Positions 39,349 through 51,923 of a DNA stretch of 64,000 nucleotides are shown one piece after another. Origin of the DNA: Paraspadella gotoi (lineage: Eukaryota; Animalia; Chaetognatha); contig CM119267.1 in NCBI GenBank assembly GCA_051294375.1, forward strand, positions 25,497,293 through 25,561,292, in the 5' to 3' direction. How positions within the stretch are numbered: position 1 is the stretch's first letter; the number at the start of each line of letters is the position of its first letter. Under the pieces are notes generated by a model. It saw nothing but the letters and a program-made list of their open reading frames with translations, was not told the DNA's origin and ran no database searches. The position numbers were made by a program, and so were the translations under genes.

Positions 39349-42300
39349 ATGAGTGGAAAATACGAAGGCAACGACTTGGATTTTGAACACTCACTTCAAG
39401 AAGAGTTGGAGAATGTTTCCAACGTCTTGCAATTACACATCGACAAGACGAAAAAACTCTTGGACATGGGACTGCTGGACGACGTGCATCCAGCTCCTAT
39501 TTATTTGGAAGAATATCAGGTTGGTGGTTGCCTCGTTAATTTCTATTATTTTTTTTTAGAGAGAGAGAAAGAGAGAGAGAGCGAAATATGTTTATTTTGC
39601 ATGTAGTCGTTGAGAAGAGAATATTTCTTTATGAAAATCGCTAAATTACTATTTTTATATATTGTTGTATATAATTTGTTAAAAAACTTTTTCCCCGTTT
39701 TTCTTCGAATCCAGACTCTGACGGAGAAGATTCACGAGCTGCAAGAACGGCAGCAGGAGATCTACGACTTGCTCAGCAATGGATGCTTGTCCGGCGACGC
39801 CGACGACGCCGTCCCTCTCGGAGTCGGAGCCGACTCCTCGATCTCCCATCTAGAGTCGTACGGCTCTGCTTCGAGCCGCCAAGGCGCCGGCGCGGTTTAC
39901 CTAGATGGCGCCGAGGGCGGCGTGTTCGACGCCCCAGCTTCTCTCTCTAGTCACTACCTGGGTCAACGGGTCTTGAGTCCTCAGGCCCATCAGCTACAGT
40001 CGTACCATCATCCCCCGCCGTCCGGGTCGTCGTCGTCGTCGTCGTCGTCATCTCACCCGTCCACGATTCACTTGAACAGCTCTTCCAACATTACCTCCTC
40101 CTCCTCCTCCTCGTCGTGTCAATCCTCGTCCCTCTTGTCGTCATCGTCCGCTGGAAATAATTTTGTCACCTCCTCCTCCTCCTCTGTCGCTCCTTCCCAG
40201 AACGCTGCTCATTATCATCATCATCATCATCACCACCACCTTCACCACAATGCCTCCTCCCCCTCGCCGTCGTCTTATTCGTCGTCCTCGCATCGTTCCT
40301 CCATCACTCAACTACACCACGACCCACCACCGCCGTACACGCCGCAATTGGCGGCGCCGCCTTCCGGCGGCGCCATGTCCAATTCCAACACGCCACCGCC
40401 CGGCGTCGTCGGAGATTCTTCGTCGCCCTACTCGGCGACGTCCAACAACGGCGCGGCGATGGGCGGCGTCTTCGCGCCCCACTCACCGCTCGTGGCGTCG
40501 TCCCCGTGCCCGAGCTTCAACCACCTCTCGGCCGTTAGCGATCCCAAGTCTCCGATGAAGACGATCATCCAGTGTTCCCTCCCGAACGAGCAGACGACCA
40601 AGGTGTCTATTCAGCCCGGGACCACGGTGAGGGACGCGTTGGCCAAGAAGATGAAGCAACGCCTTCTGGTGCCGGAAACCTGCAACGTTTACCTCGTGTC
40701 CCACTCCTCGGGGAAGGAGGAACTCATTTCCTGGGACACGGACTTTGGTCTGTGGCCAGAACCGGCCGTTGAGGGCGACTACGAGCTCAAGGTCACCCTG
40801 CGCGAAGACTTTCCCACGACGACCAGCATCTCTCACAACTTTGTGCGGAAAACTTTCTTTTCTCTTGCTTTTTGCAATTCTTGCCGCAAAACCCTCTTCA
40901 GTGGATTTCAGTGTCAGACCTGCGGCTACCGTTTTCACCAACGTTGCGCGGCTGACGTCCCTTCGCTTTGTCAATTGTCGGATCACGAGTTTTACAAACG
41001 CATCGTCCCGACGCTCAACGAGTTTTCTTGGCAGCAGCTGACGAAAGCGGCACAGCTGTATCACGGCGGCGTTGGTTTCGCTCCGCCGCCTCAGGGTTTT
41101 GAGAAGGATCGTCCCTTTCATGGTTACGGGCAACGCGGCGCTTACCCCATTCCACCCGCCACTCTGTCTCGCGGAGTTCCATCCGCAGCCGCGCCTAGTT
41201 TTCGAAAGGGCAGCGGCGGAAACGCTGCAGCCGAAGCGGCGGCAGCCGCTGCCGCCGCCTCTGGTGGTCGACTCGTCTCTCGAGAACGATCCACCTCGGC
41301 GCCGAACGTCTGTATTCACAACGCCAACATTCTCGTCGATTCTCAATACCATCCCGGCGCCGGCGTGCCCAACGACTTCTCCTGCCTCGTACCTGAATTT
41401 TATCCCAGCAGCGGCGGCGGCTACGGCAGCGGATCTCGCGGCACCAGCAGCGGCCAGCTCGCCTCCGACTTTTCTTCACCTTCTTTCTCCACGACGCCGC
41501 CCGCCATTAGTCATTCTGGAATTCTCGGGGTCGGCGGATTCGTCGTCGGCGCCAAGTCTACGTCGTCGGCGTCGTCTTCGGCTTCGTCCACCCATCAACC
41601 GGCCATAACCGGCTCTCACTCCGGCGTCATGTCTGCCGCGGCGCCGTATTTGGCTCAATCGGTGACCAGTTCCATGGCGTTGCCTTCTTCGCCGCGCGGC
41701 GTCGCCGCCGCCAACGCTACCTTGCGTTCTTCGCCTTCGCACAGCCCAACCAAAAGTCAAGAGGGCGGGGTTTGCGTGGCGGGGCCACGCACCCACCGGT
41801 CCAGATCCCGCAGCGAGGACGCTCGTCGCATGCGGTTGCGTCGAGATTCGCACGACGACTGGGAGATTGACGCCGACGAGGTTAGCTTTGGCCCCAGGAT
41901 TGGCTCCGGCTCTTTCGGGGTCGTCTTTAAGGGCTATTGGCACGGGCACATCGCCATCAAAATGCTCAACGTGACCGATCCCACGCCGGCGCAGATGCAA
42001 GCCTTTCGCAACGAGGTGGCCGTTTTGAAGAAAACCCGTCATCAAAACATCCTCCTTTTTATTGGCTGCATTTCCAAACATAACAGTAGACAACTTTGCA
42101 TCGTAACCCAATGGTGCGAGGGCTCCTCTCTCTACAAGCATCTACACGTTCTCGATACGAAGTACGAAATGCTCAAATTGGTTGACATTGCAAGGCAGAC
42201 GGCGCAGGGAATGGATTATCTCCACGCCAAGAACATCATCCACCGAGATTTGAAGAGCAACAACATCTTCCTCCATCAGGATTACAATTCGGTTAAGATC

Positions 42301-42843
42301 GGCGACTTTGGTCTTGCTACGGTCAAAAGCCGTTGGAGCGGTAACCATCAGTTTCAACAGCCGACGGGATCGATCCTGTGGATGGCGCCCGAGGTGATTA
42401 GGATGCAGGACAAAAACCCTTACACTTTCCAGTCGGACGTGTACGCCTTCGGAATCGTCCTGTACGAACTAATGTCGAATTGCCTTCCCTACTGTCACAT
42501 CAACAACAAGGATCAGATCATTTTCATGGTGGGACGCGGCTACCTCCGACCCGACCTCTCTCTCTGTCGCTCGGAGACACCCAAAGCCTGCAAGCGTCTC
42601 ATCGACGACTGCATACAACTCGACCGGGAGAAAAGGCCATTGTTTCCGCAGACTTTGGCCTCGTTGGAATCGATCTTGCGGTCCTTGCCCAAATGCCAGA
42701 GATCCCAATCGATGCCCAATCTGCACCGCAGCGAGCTGGGCCTCGATGCCGAGTTCTTTTACAGCTGCGCCTCACCTAAGACACCCATCAATAGCTTCGG
42801 CGCTTTTCCCTTTCCTCCTTATTCCAACGGAACGGGATTTTAA
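39349..42843 (+). CDS. BRAF: RAF serine/threonine kinase, BRAF-like
   Basis: Exons 39349-39519 and 39715-42843; BRS-like PIYLEEY, RBD, C1 domain [11 protein letters not shown]2 [40 protein letters not shown]-terminal RSQSMP. Confidence 0.97.
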
Positions 42844-43731
42844 AAAAAAATAGATACTCCTTGGGAGCCACGTTTTACAGCGAAGTTTAATCTAGCAATT
42901 TTTTTTAGCTCCAGATGTATTTATTCTGAATTTTAACCAAATTTTTCTCTCTCTCTCTCTCTTTCTCTCTTTTTTTTTCTCTCTCTCTTTTTCTCTCTCT
43001 CTCTCTCTCTCTTTTTCTCTCTCTCTCTCTCTCTCTCTTTCATTTTTTTTTCTGTCTCCTCGTTCTCGCGTTTTATCTTGTCTCTTTCACGTTTTGTCTC
43101 GCTCTGTCTCCAAATGTCTTTATGTAGACAATAAATCACGTATTACACATAGAGGAATTGACTGATGTTTTTTCTAGTGTATTCGGGTTAGTCAAATAGT
43201 TAATTTTTTGTTTACGATAGTTAATACCAGATAGTTCTTAATATGATGTAAACGTTCAATATCATAATGGAGTACAGTGCAGAAAAAAAAAATTATATGC
43301 ATATATTTCGACTTATGTTTCTATGACATCGAAACATTTATATAATTTTCTTTTTTCTGCGCAGGTACTCCATTGTTAGATTAAACGTTTTTATCATAAT
43401 ACTAGATAGTTTTTTTTTGTTTTTTTTATGAAACTTTTAAGTAACTTTATTCAATGAGATACTGTATTTTCCGCCAGATATTTAAGATAATCAGTTGTTG
43501 AGCCAAAACGGAGAAAAATCCGAGAAAACAGAGATGATTCACCAACTAAATTACCAAATCTCAGTAAATTCCGATCGTTAGCTGAAATTAAACACCAAAC
43601 TGTTTTTTTACTTATAAATAAAGATCAATTTCGTATTTTCACTTTATTACATGAACCTCATGAATTCTGCAGATAGAAGTGCATATTTACATTTAGCTAA
43701 TTAACTTTCCATCACCCAAAGCGGTTTAATC

Positions 43732-45784
43732 ATGACTTCTTCGGAGGGGTTGCTGAATTTTGTGAATCAACTCCAAAATCTGGAAGTCTCGATGGGTATT
43801 TTCCTGCTCGAGTTGAGTCTCAAGGTGTCCGCCTTTTACGACACCAAATTCATGGTTATCGTGGATTTTCCCGAAGGACGCAAGGTTGCGGGCAAGCCGG
43901 AGATGGTTCAGGCCTTCGTCGACGGTCATCTGCAACCGTTGCCGAGCGACTGCAAGGTCGAGCTCAAAACCGTCGTCCCGGACATCGTCGAGACACCGCT
44001 CGTTGGTCGTCAGACGCCCACCCAAGTCGGTGACTCCACTGCCTGTTCCACGAAGCGAGACGCGAGGTTGTTTTTAAGAAAAATGTCGACGTAGTTTGAA
44101 GTTTTTTTTTATCGTCGCAATCGCTAAGCGTTTGCGACGATATTGTAACGCTTTTGACCATAAGTGGCGTTGTCGTCGGCGTCGGCGTTCCAAATTATAG
44201 ATCGCCTTTTTTATGATTAAATTTGGGTGTATGAAGCTGAAAATTTATATACAGCTTCTCATCACCGATGTGCTTAAAATTGAGTCTGGACAGTTATTAA
44301 ATGTTTTGTTTACGTTTTATCTAAACAAACAAAGTTTCTCTCTTTTATTTTCATATTTCTCTCTCTCTCTCTTTTCTCTTTAAATTACATGTCTCTCTCC
44401 TTCTCTCTTTACCCTATTCACTGATTCATTATCATAGGGAAAAAAAACGAGTCTGCAGCTGGCTCTGCAGGGGCTTATTCTTTTTCTCTCTTTTCTCCTG
44501 CTGCTTCTGCTGCTGCCTTTTGATTTCTTTCTTTGCAGCTGGCTCTGCAGGGGCTCTTTCTTTTTCTCTCTTTTCTGCTGCTGCCTTTTGATTTCTTTTT
44601 TTTTTCTCTCTTTCTCTCTGCGTTTTTATTTTAAAAAAAATTGAAATAGGCTTGAACTCGTAAAATTAGGCATCGCATTCGTGCATGTTATCATTTTGCT
44701 ATCGCAACATCGGATTTTTATTTCGTTTTGACAATTAAATTAATTTTTTTTTTTTTAAATGGATGGAATTTTTTTTTCCTTTCTATTCTGTCTTTAAACT
44801 CTTTATATTTATTCTTTTCTTCTTTTTCTTTCTGTTTATAAATTATTTTTCTTTTCTCAAATTTGATTTTTTTTAGTATCAAAATTAGTCGTCAATCCAG
44901 ATTTTTCTTATGCGATTGCGACGATCCTATTGCTTTTAAGATTTTTTTTGTTTTTTTTTTAATTGCGCTACCCACCCCGACTCCCTCACAGACCTCGCTT
45001 CACGTATCCGAATTCCACTGCGCATCAATCTTTCGTGTCGACGTACGATTATGAGCCAACGACGTCTGGCCGTGTCTTGCCGATTTTAGTCGAGTCTCCC
45101 GTCCCGGATTCGCCTCTCGGCCGTAAAAGGCCTTGGCAATCTCACATGAAGTGCGAGGTATCTCCTGCGAAGATCGCCAAGGAAGTTAAGATCGAAGCCA
45201 ACTTGGACGAATCCTGTATCATTTTCGATGAGGAGGACGAGGATTCACAAAAGCATCCCAACGAAATCGAGGACGACGATTACCAGCCGGAAATTGTGGC
45301 CAAACTCGCCGAGGCCATAAAGTCCCGCGCTCCTAACACGACTAATCATCATCATCATCATGACTTAAACGGAAAGGATCAGTTATGCCGCATTGCGATG
45401 GCGCAGCAATACTCGTACGACGACGTAAAGGTGAAAGATTCCCCGGGCTTCAAAGTGATCGCGAGCATAGTTTACGCCAAGGCGAGAGAGCTTGCCGCCG
45501 AATGTCCTATTCCTAACTACAAAGGACCCGAAGTAAACAACTTCATTCATCAAGAGTACCTGGCCTGGTTCGCCCAGACGTTTCCCCGTTTGTGCGACAC
45601 CAAAGCTATAGTTCTCTTTCGCTCACGAATGCAAATAGTTTTTCAAAAGATTCGCAAGAGGTTTTTCCCTCAACAACAATCTCAGTTCCAGCAGCAACAA
45701 ATGCTTAAGCAGCAAAAGAATCAGCACAAGCAGGGGCATTCTAAAGGGATGGTCTCCTTGCCCTCCGGAGATCCTATTGTTTAG
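43732..45784 (+). CDS. Third protein with a divergent MADS-like N-terminus; unknown helical C-terminal domain
   Basis: Exon 43732-44066 joins 44992-45784 in phase 2; a possible alternative last exon ends at 45993. N-terminus ELSLKVSAFYDTKFMVIVDFPEGRKVAGKPEMVQAFVDGHL. Confidence 0.7.
44108..44940 (+). mobile_element. HINE-like element, copy 2 (intronic)
   Basis: High similarity to 19251-19980, including the sub-terminal inverted repeat ATCGTCGCAATCGC / GCGATTGCGACGAT. Confidence 0.7.
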
Positions 45785-46493
45785 GGTGAGTTGTGATATC
45801 ATTTAATAAACTGGGGATGAATATTACATCTTGAATTGCGTATACGTCATTATAATAATATTACAAATACGTAGGTGGTGTCAATTTTGAGAATTAGTCT
45901 GTGGGTTCACCATATCCGTTCTTTTTTTTTTCTAAGGTTTCCCGACTCTCGCTCGACGCAGTGACTCGGGAACAGAAGCGGAAAAGATATTGATCATCAC
46001 ATTAAAACTTTATTCTCAAGAGGCTCATCTAATCAACTTGTACTTCGTCGATTTCGTAATTCGACACATCCTAGGATCCAAATTATTTCCATTTAATTGT
46101 TGGGGGGACATCAACTCTCACCAATCGAGCTTACCAAGAGATTAATTGTCTAATAGTCAAGACGAGATATTGAAACTCTGACTAACCGTAATTTTTCACT
46201 TTTAGTCTTCATCGTAATTTACTTGTTTATTTTGGATTCAAGGTTTCTCTACCTTCGAGATAATTTTACCATGAATTTTAGCACTCTGAAATGCTTATTG
46301 ATTTTATTGAGGTCTTTGATTTCCAGTGTTTTATTCCTTTCCAGATATATACCGAATCGCTGATGCCGTGCGGTGTCAATCGGTGCCGGTACCATATGTC
46401 AGTCAATCTATTTATGATTTGAGTTCAAAAAAGTGAAAGAGACAGAAATTGAAACGAATTTCTATGATTACTCCGTAAACTTCGATTTCCATC

Positions 46494-48186
46494 ATGTTCT
46501 GGTCGTTAGTCTTCCTCGGTTTCCTTTATTTCTTTTACAAAATCTTTCGCTCCTTCCGTCCGCTCATCGAACTCTTCCGTCGCTTCTGGTCGGCGCTCTT
46601 CGGCTACGGCATCAACGTCCTTCTATACGTCCTTTCCGGCAATCCGGCGTTACACGACTCCGCCCTTCCGGCGCTTTTGCTCTTCGGTGGCGCCGACCCC
46701 AACTTTCGTTTGTCGCCTATGGAAGAAGTGACGACGCTGGTTCGTGCCGTGCGATCGGCCAAAAGCGATCGGGTGCTGGAAAGACTCGCGCGCGCGGGAG
46801 GGAATTTGCGTTGGTGCAACCGAAAGGTGAAAGGAATTACGTATAGGATGAAGTAAGAAAGCTTGAGGGGTATTGAAGGCGTGAAGAAATAGAGGGACAA
46901 TAATGGTATATTTCACGAAGAGTAGAAACGAGAGAATGTATCGCTAGACAAAATATACTGAGGGGCAGGAGGAGGAGGAAAAAGAAGAAGAGGAAGAGGA
47001 GAATTGGACGGCAGGCTAAATCCTCCTCTGGAAAGATTATTATAAATTATTTATTTGATGCGATAAACCTTTCGTTTTCGTTGTTGTTATGATTTAGAGA
47101 AAAAACAAAGTTTTTAATTGTGTGACAACGAATTTAATTAGAGATACGGACATGTTTCGGCTCACATTTCACATTTCAAAACGCTGATGAAGGCTCGAAA
47201 TGTGAGCCGAAACATGTCCGTATCTCTAATTAAATTCGTTGTAACACAATTAAAAACTTTGTTTTTTCTCTAAAATTATTTATTATAATTAAAACTTTTT
47301 ATTTATATAATTTGGACCAAAAAAATAATTTTTTTAGGGCGGGACCTTGTTGCATTTTGCGGCCCGAGAAGCGAATCTCGTCAGCGTCGCTTTTCTTATC
47401 CGCGAAAAACTCCAAGTGAACGCGCGCGACGCCGCTGGAGAGACGCCGCTGATGAGCGCCGTTCGCGCCTGGCGCCAAACTGACGGAGTCAACGTTTTGT
47501 GGCTTTTGCGCGAAAACGGCGCCGACGCTCTGGCCGTTAATTCTGACGACGCCACCATCCTCCATATTCTAGTCGACTCTGCGAAGACTGCACCGTCCGA
47601 CGGCGTATCTTCCCCGTCGCAGACCGATCTTTCCGTCCAATCTGTCCAGCGAGTCGTAAGCTTCGCCATTGACGTCGGCGTCGATCACCGGCGGAGAAAT
47701 TGCCGCGGCGAGACGGCAGCTGAAGCGGCTGCGGCGTTGGGCCGCGGATTCGACACGCTGCGCTCGGCTCTGGAACGACCCGTTACCTCCTTGGGCTTCC
47801 AACCATTTTCTTTGACGACCGATCCTTTTGGCGGGAGAACTGCGGCGCCGTTGCCTCTACGGACGACACCGCCGTCTTACGGCGCTGGCTTTTCCTCGAT
47901 ATCTCCGTCCGAATCAGTGCCGTCGCCGGTCGTTCCCTCCGCCCCGTCCCAAGACAACATCGGGGTCAATTTCGGCTCCGCGGGCGACGCTGCGGAAGCC
48001 ACAGCCGCACCCGGCGCCGCTCGATCGAACCTTGCCGATGCCGAGTGCTGCATCTGCTTAGACCGCGTCACGGAAACGGCCTTGGTTCCCTGCGGTCATT
48101 GTGTCTGCGATGATTGCGCGGGAGACTTGAACTTCTGTCCCATCTGCAGGCAGAGGGTCAGGGAGACGTTGAGGATTTATAAATAA
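46494..48186 (+). CDS. N-terminal TM + ankyrin repeats + C-terminal RING (putative E3 ligase)
   Basis: Exons 46494-46826 and 47338-48186; GGTLLHFAARE, GETPLMSA, CCICLDRVTETALVPCGHCVCDDC..CPICRQ. Confidence 0.85.
46862..47030 (-). mobile_element. Solo LTR of the 21993-23899 family
   Basis: 169 bp, a few differences from the paired LTRs, flanked by 5-bp TSD GAAAG. Confidence 0.92.
47094..47273. mobile_element. Penelope-like pseudo-LTR fragment forming a near-perfect inverted repeat
   Basis: Arms of about 75 bp: TTAGAGAAAAAACAAAGTTTT..ACATGTTTCGGCTCACATTTC and GAAATGTGAGCCGAAACATGT..AAAACTTTGTTTTTTCTCTAA. Confidence 0.7.
47181..47221 (+). ncRNA. Minimal type I hammerhead ribozyme
   Basis: ACG-CTGATGA-A-GGCTC-gaaatgt-GAGCC-GAAA-CATGTC-CGT: catalytic core, paired stems I and II, palindromic short stem III, GUC cleavage triplet. 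Confidence 0.8.
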
Positions 48187-48880
48187 ATTCTCCCTCTTTC
48201 TTCCTTGCTTCGTTCGGGGAGTAATTGACTTAATAATTTATTTTATCGACTTTTATCTTTCTTATTATTAAATACAGGAGACTTAATATTTGAAAATGCT
48301 ATTTCGCTTTTTCCAACCAAATTTGATAAGATTTTGCGTAAAGTATCCCAATGGCTGTAGTGTACAAATGGGACTATCGAGGCGATTTTCAATATTTTAC
48401 CCCTGGCATAATTTGCTCAACAGGCATAATTTGGTCAGCTTTCAGAATTTGGTCAATAAATCAATCAATTAATCAATCAATCAGAGAGAGATAGTGAGAC
48501 TGAGAGGGAAACTTTTAAAAATTTTAATAAATATGTCTTTTGGTTTTTTAATTTAAACTCTTTTCCACTCCTACGATTCCATCAAAAATTTATATCCCGC
48601 TTAATCACATACTTTCCTACCCATATACAAAATTTCATTCCAATCCATCCATCCAATCACAAAGTATTTGGAGTATAATGCTAAGGGGGGATGGACGGAC
48701 AGACACCATTTTTTTTGCATAATTTATCATAATTTGATGTTCTGACATGATATAAGTGAATGCCCGACAAGATTGGGGGGTGGACAGACGGACCGACAAA
48801 GTGAATTATAGAGTTGAAATCTGTGATAAGCAGATCCGACTAAAAGGCGGGTTAAGCGCCCCGTCCCTCTTAACTGCTAG

Positions 48881-48952
48881 GCGGCCACCGGGCTAGAACC
48901 CCTGAGCTTTGGGTTGGGAGGCGAATGACTTGCCTCCGGCACCAATGGCCGC
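48881..48952 (-). other. tRNA-derived sequence (SINE head or tRNA pseudogene, Gly-like)
   Basis: Minus strand GCGGCCA...TGGCCGC 7-bp acceptor stem over 72 nt, B-box-like GGTTCTAGCCC, TCGCCTCCCA in the anticodon region; the anticodon stem does not pair. Confidence 0.55.
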
Positions 48953-50036
48953 TGATGAACGGTTGGTGGATTTTAGTCCACCATAGGGCAATAGAAATGG
49001 ATTATCGCGGGGATTTTTGAAATTTGACCTATGACCCGAGATATGGGCCCCTAAAAGGTTAATTTTTTTATTCTGAACAGTTGTAGAAACGTTTATTTGT
49101 CCAGAAAAGTAAATCTATTATTTATTATTATCTATTATTATTATTTCCAGGAACATGAACATAGGAGGTTCATGCTAGCTTTCGTTAGGAGAGAAAAAAT
49201 TAGATCTAAAATGATGGACTCACAATGTTCTAGAACCAAATTCCTATAGTCGATCCCAAACCTTTTTTCATAAAATTTTTATATTTTTGGATAGAGAATG
49301 ACTAGAATAATGTAAATCTTAAGTCTAAATTGGCCTGTGGATTTAGAAGAAATAGACCAAAAACAACCAAAATTCCTCTCCCTTTTTTCAACATTCTCGC
49401 CTTTTAAGTTTTTCGCCGATTCTGACTTCCTCTTACAAACTTATAATTCCGCTAGTTAATTTTTTTTTTCTTAAACGAGCGAGGGTAATCCACAACTTTC
49501 TGTTATTTTATGATTTCTGGGCAAAAAATATAATAAATTACATTAACATTGGGATATTATGAAAGTGTAATATCTAATGAAGCCTGTGAGAGTTAAATAA
49601 TTAAAAAATTCGCTTATTTTATTATTGAAAAATAACATCAGTGAAGAAGTTGAACGTTTTCCGGCTCCTTTCAGTAAACATCCCTGTTCTCTTCAATAAG
49701 ATAATATTTACTTTTTGCTGGTGGAAAAGAAGGATAAATAATAATAATATTTAAATAATATAATAATAATAATATTAGTAAATAATATTTTGTATAATTT
49801 TATAAGCATGCTTGTAAAATCAGACAAGCAAATATTTAAGTGACAACAAATTCACATTTTCTTTATCCAAAAAACTTTATAGTTTTACTAGAGTACAATT
49901 TAGCCTTTTTTCTTTCAGAATCATTAAAAAGAATTTTATTTTCATTTATTCTTATGGGGTGTCATTAGTTTTAAAATTTATTATAATTTTGACTTAGTTT
50001 GACACTCACCCTGTAAGGAGATTTCATGATAAGTAA

Positions 50037-50639
50037 TAAGGCGTAGTAAAATTCCTAAATTTAACTTTAATTAAAATTCTAAAAGTGAGAAATGAACAAC
50101 ATTATACTAATGAACCTTTATGTAATAAAAAATTTTTAATAAATTTTACAATTTACACAGTAGGCCATATTTATAGTTTATTTATACTAGTACTAAACCA
50201 TTAAATGTTAAAATTTCAAAACAGTTTTTTTTTAAATTTTTTTGCAGATTTGGATTCGTCATAAAAAGTTGATAGAAAGAAGTATAACTCTTTTTGAAAA
50301 ATTCCTTCATTAAGTGGGTCAAAAATTAGAAAAAGCTATATTTTAATCTGAAAATCAATTTTTTATATATTAAATATAGTTTTTTTTAATTTTTAACCCA
50401 CTTAATGAAAGAATTTTTAAAAATGATTTATATTTTCTTTTAACAACTTTTGACGAGAAATTCAAATCTGCAATAAAAATTAGGAAAAGCCTATTTTGAA
50501 ATTTTTCGATTTTATAAGGAGAGTACTGCGAAAATTAAAAAACATAAAATTAATTTTTTTTACAAATTAATGTTCATGATGGTATGTTGTTCATAATTGA
50601 CTTTTAGAATTTTCGTATGTAACTTTTCACTACGCCTTA
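50037..50639. mobile_element. MITE family A copy 3
   Basis: TIR TAAGGCGTAGT...ACTACGCCTTA with exact 8-bp TSD ATAAGTAA. Confidence 0.9.
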
Positions 50640-51923
50640 ATAAGTAATTCTAAAATTGTATCTTGTATGTGCCCTATGATTATGTGGCTTCATTTTGGTA
50701 CTATTGCCATCCCTTTATCTTTATTCCTTCAAAAGATATTAGGAAAAAATCAGTTTTTTTTCTCAACCTTCCTTTTAATTTTTTTTTAAAGAAAAATTTC
50801 GCGATTCAAACCGGACTATTTCATTTAAACCTGATCAATTTTTGTCAAAATCATTATAAAATGAAAAAAGAAAAATAGGACAAGCTCTTCAGACACAAAG
50901 CTATCGGAATCGCGAAATTCGAAGTCTCTCATGTAACAGGAACATATAGCAATCCCGTTTGCAATTTTAAGTTTGTAAACTTTCCCTTTCATTTCTATAG
51001 TAAAAATGAGGTTTGAAAATTCTCTGAAGATGGAGTGCATTTCCCCTGGCTTGTTTGATATCAAATCCTTCATCAAATGTGATAAAACGAATAGGACAAG
51101 CTCTTCAGATGTAATGCTATCGGAATCCTGTGTTTTTACAACTGTTTTCTACCCGAATTTCTGGCAATCGCGTTTGCAATTTGGGTAGTCAGATTTGATC
51201 GGAACTCTATTAGAAAAATGTTGAATTTTTTTAAAATCGAGATTCTCGTCTAAATGTTCAAAAGAAGGAATAATAAATTTAAATTTTTAAAAATTTGTTT
51301 CACAATAGATTTTCTACTAAGTTAAGACAATAATGCAAATGATTCCACGAAAAAAAAATGTTGGCCATTTTTTGCCCCCCTCATGGCCCTGTATCATGCC
51401 AGTTGAGCAAATTATGCCAGTTGACTAAATTATGCAAGTTGGTATTGGCGCAGCTACTGGTAATGATTGATAGATCAATTGATTTATAGATTTTTTCAAA
51501 GATTTATTAAGAAGTCTGTTATGATTTGTTATGTTACAATTTGTTATGATCTGTTAAGATAACAAATAAAAAGTCGGAAAATATTACCATGATTTATCAT
51601 CGGATTAGCTTATTTCCGCTTAATTATCGTAGGCAGATCCGACATTGTTTGCTCAAACTTGTTTTCTGGCGTTGGGCCGTGTAGTGTACTCTTGACTCTT
51701 TCTTATGACTCTTTCATTATCGCTTTGAAATATCTGGAACTCTTTAAACTCTTTTTGCGCTTTTACACTTATAAAATTAAACTTGAACAACTTTAAAAAA
51801 ATCTGAAAGCTTCTTGGAGTTAATGGTTATGATCTGTGGTCCTTTTGTATTGGTTAATTCAGTTTTAAATACTTTTCTTTCATATTTCGTAGTTTTAATG
51901 TTTATGTTTTGATTTGTATCGCG

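Noticed and set aside
40483-42357. Long minus-strand and alternate-frame ORFs over BRAF (and similar ones over other genes)
   Set aside because: Shadow ORFs caused by GC-rich, stop-poor codon usage; no recognisable domains
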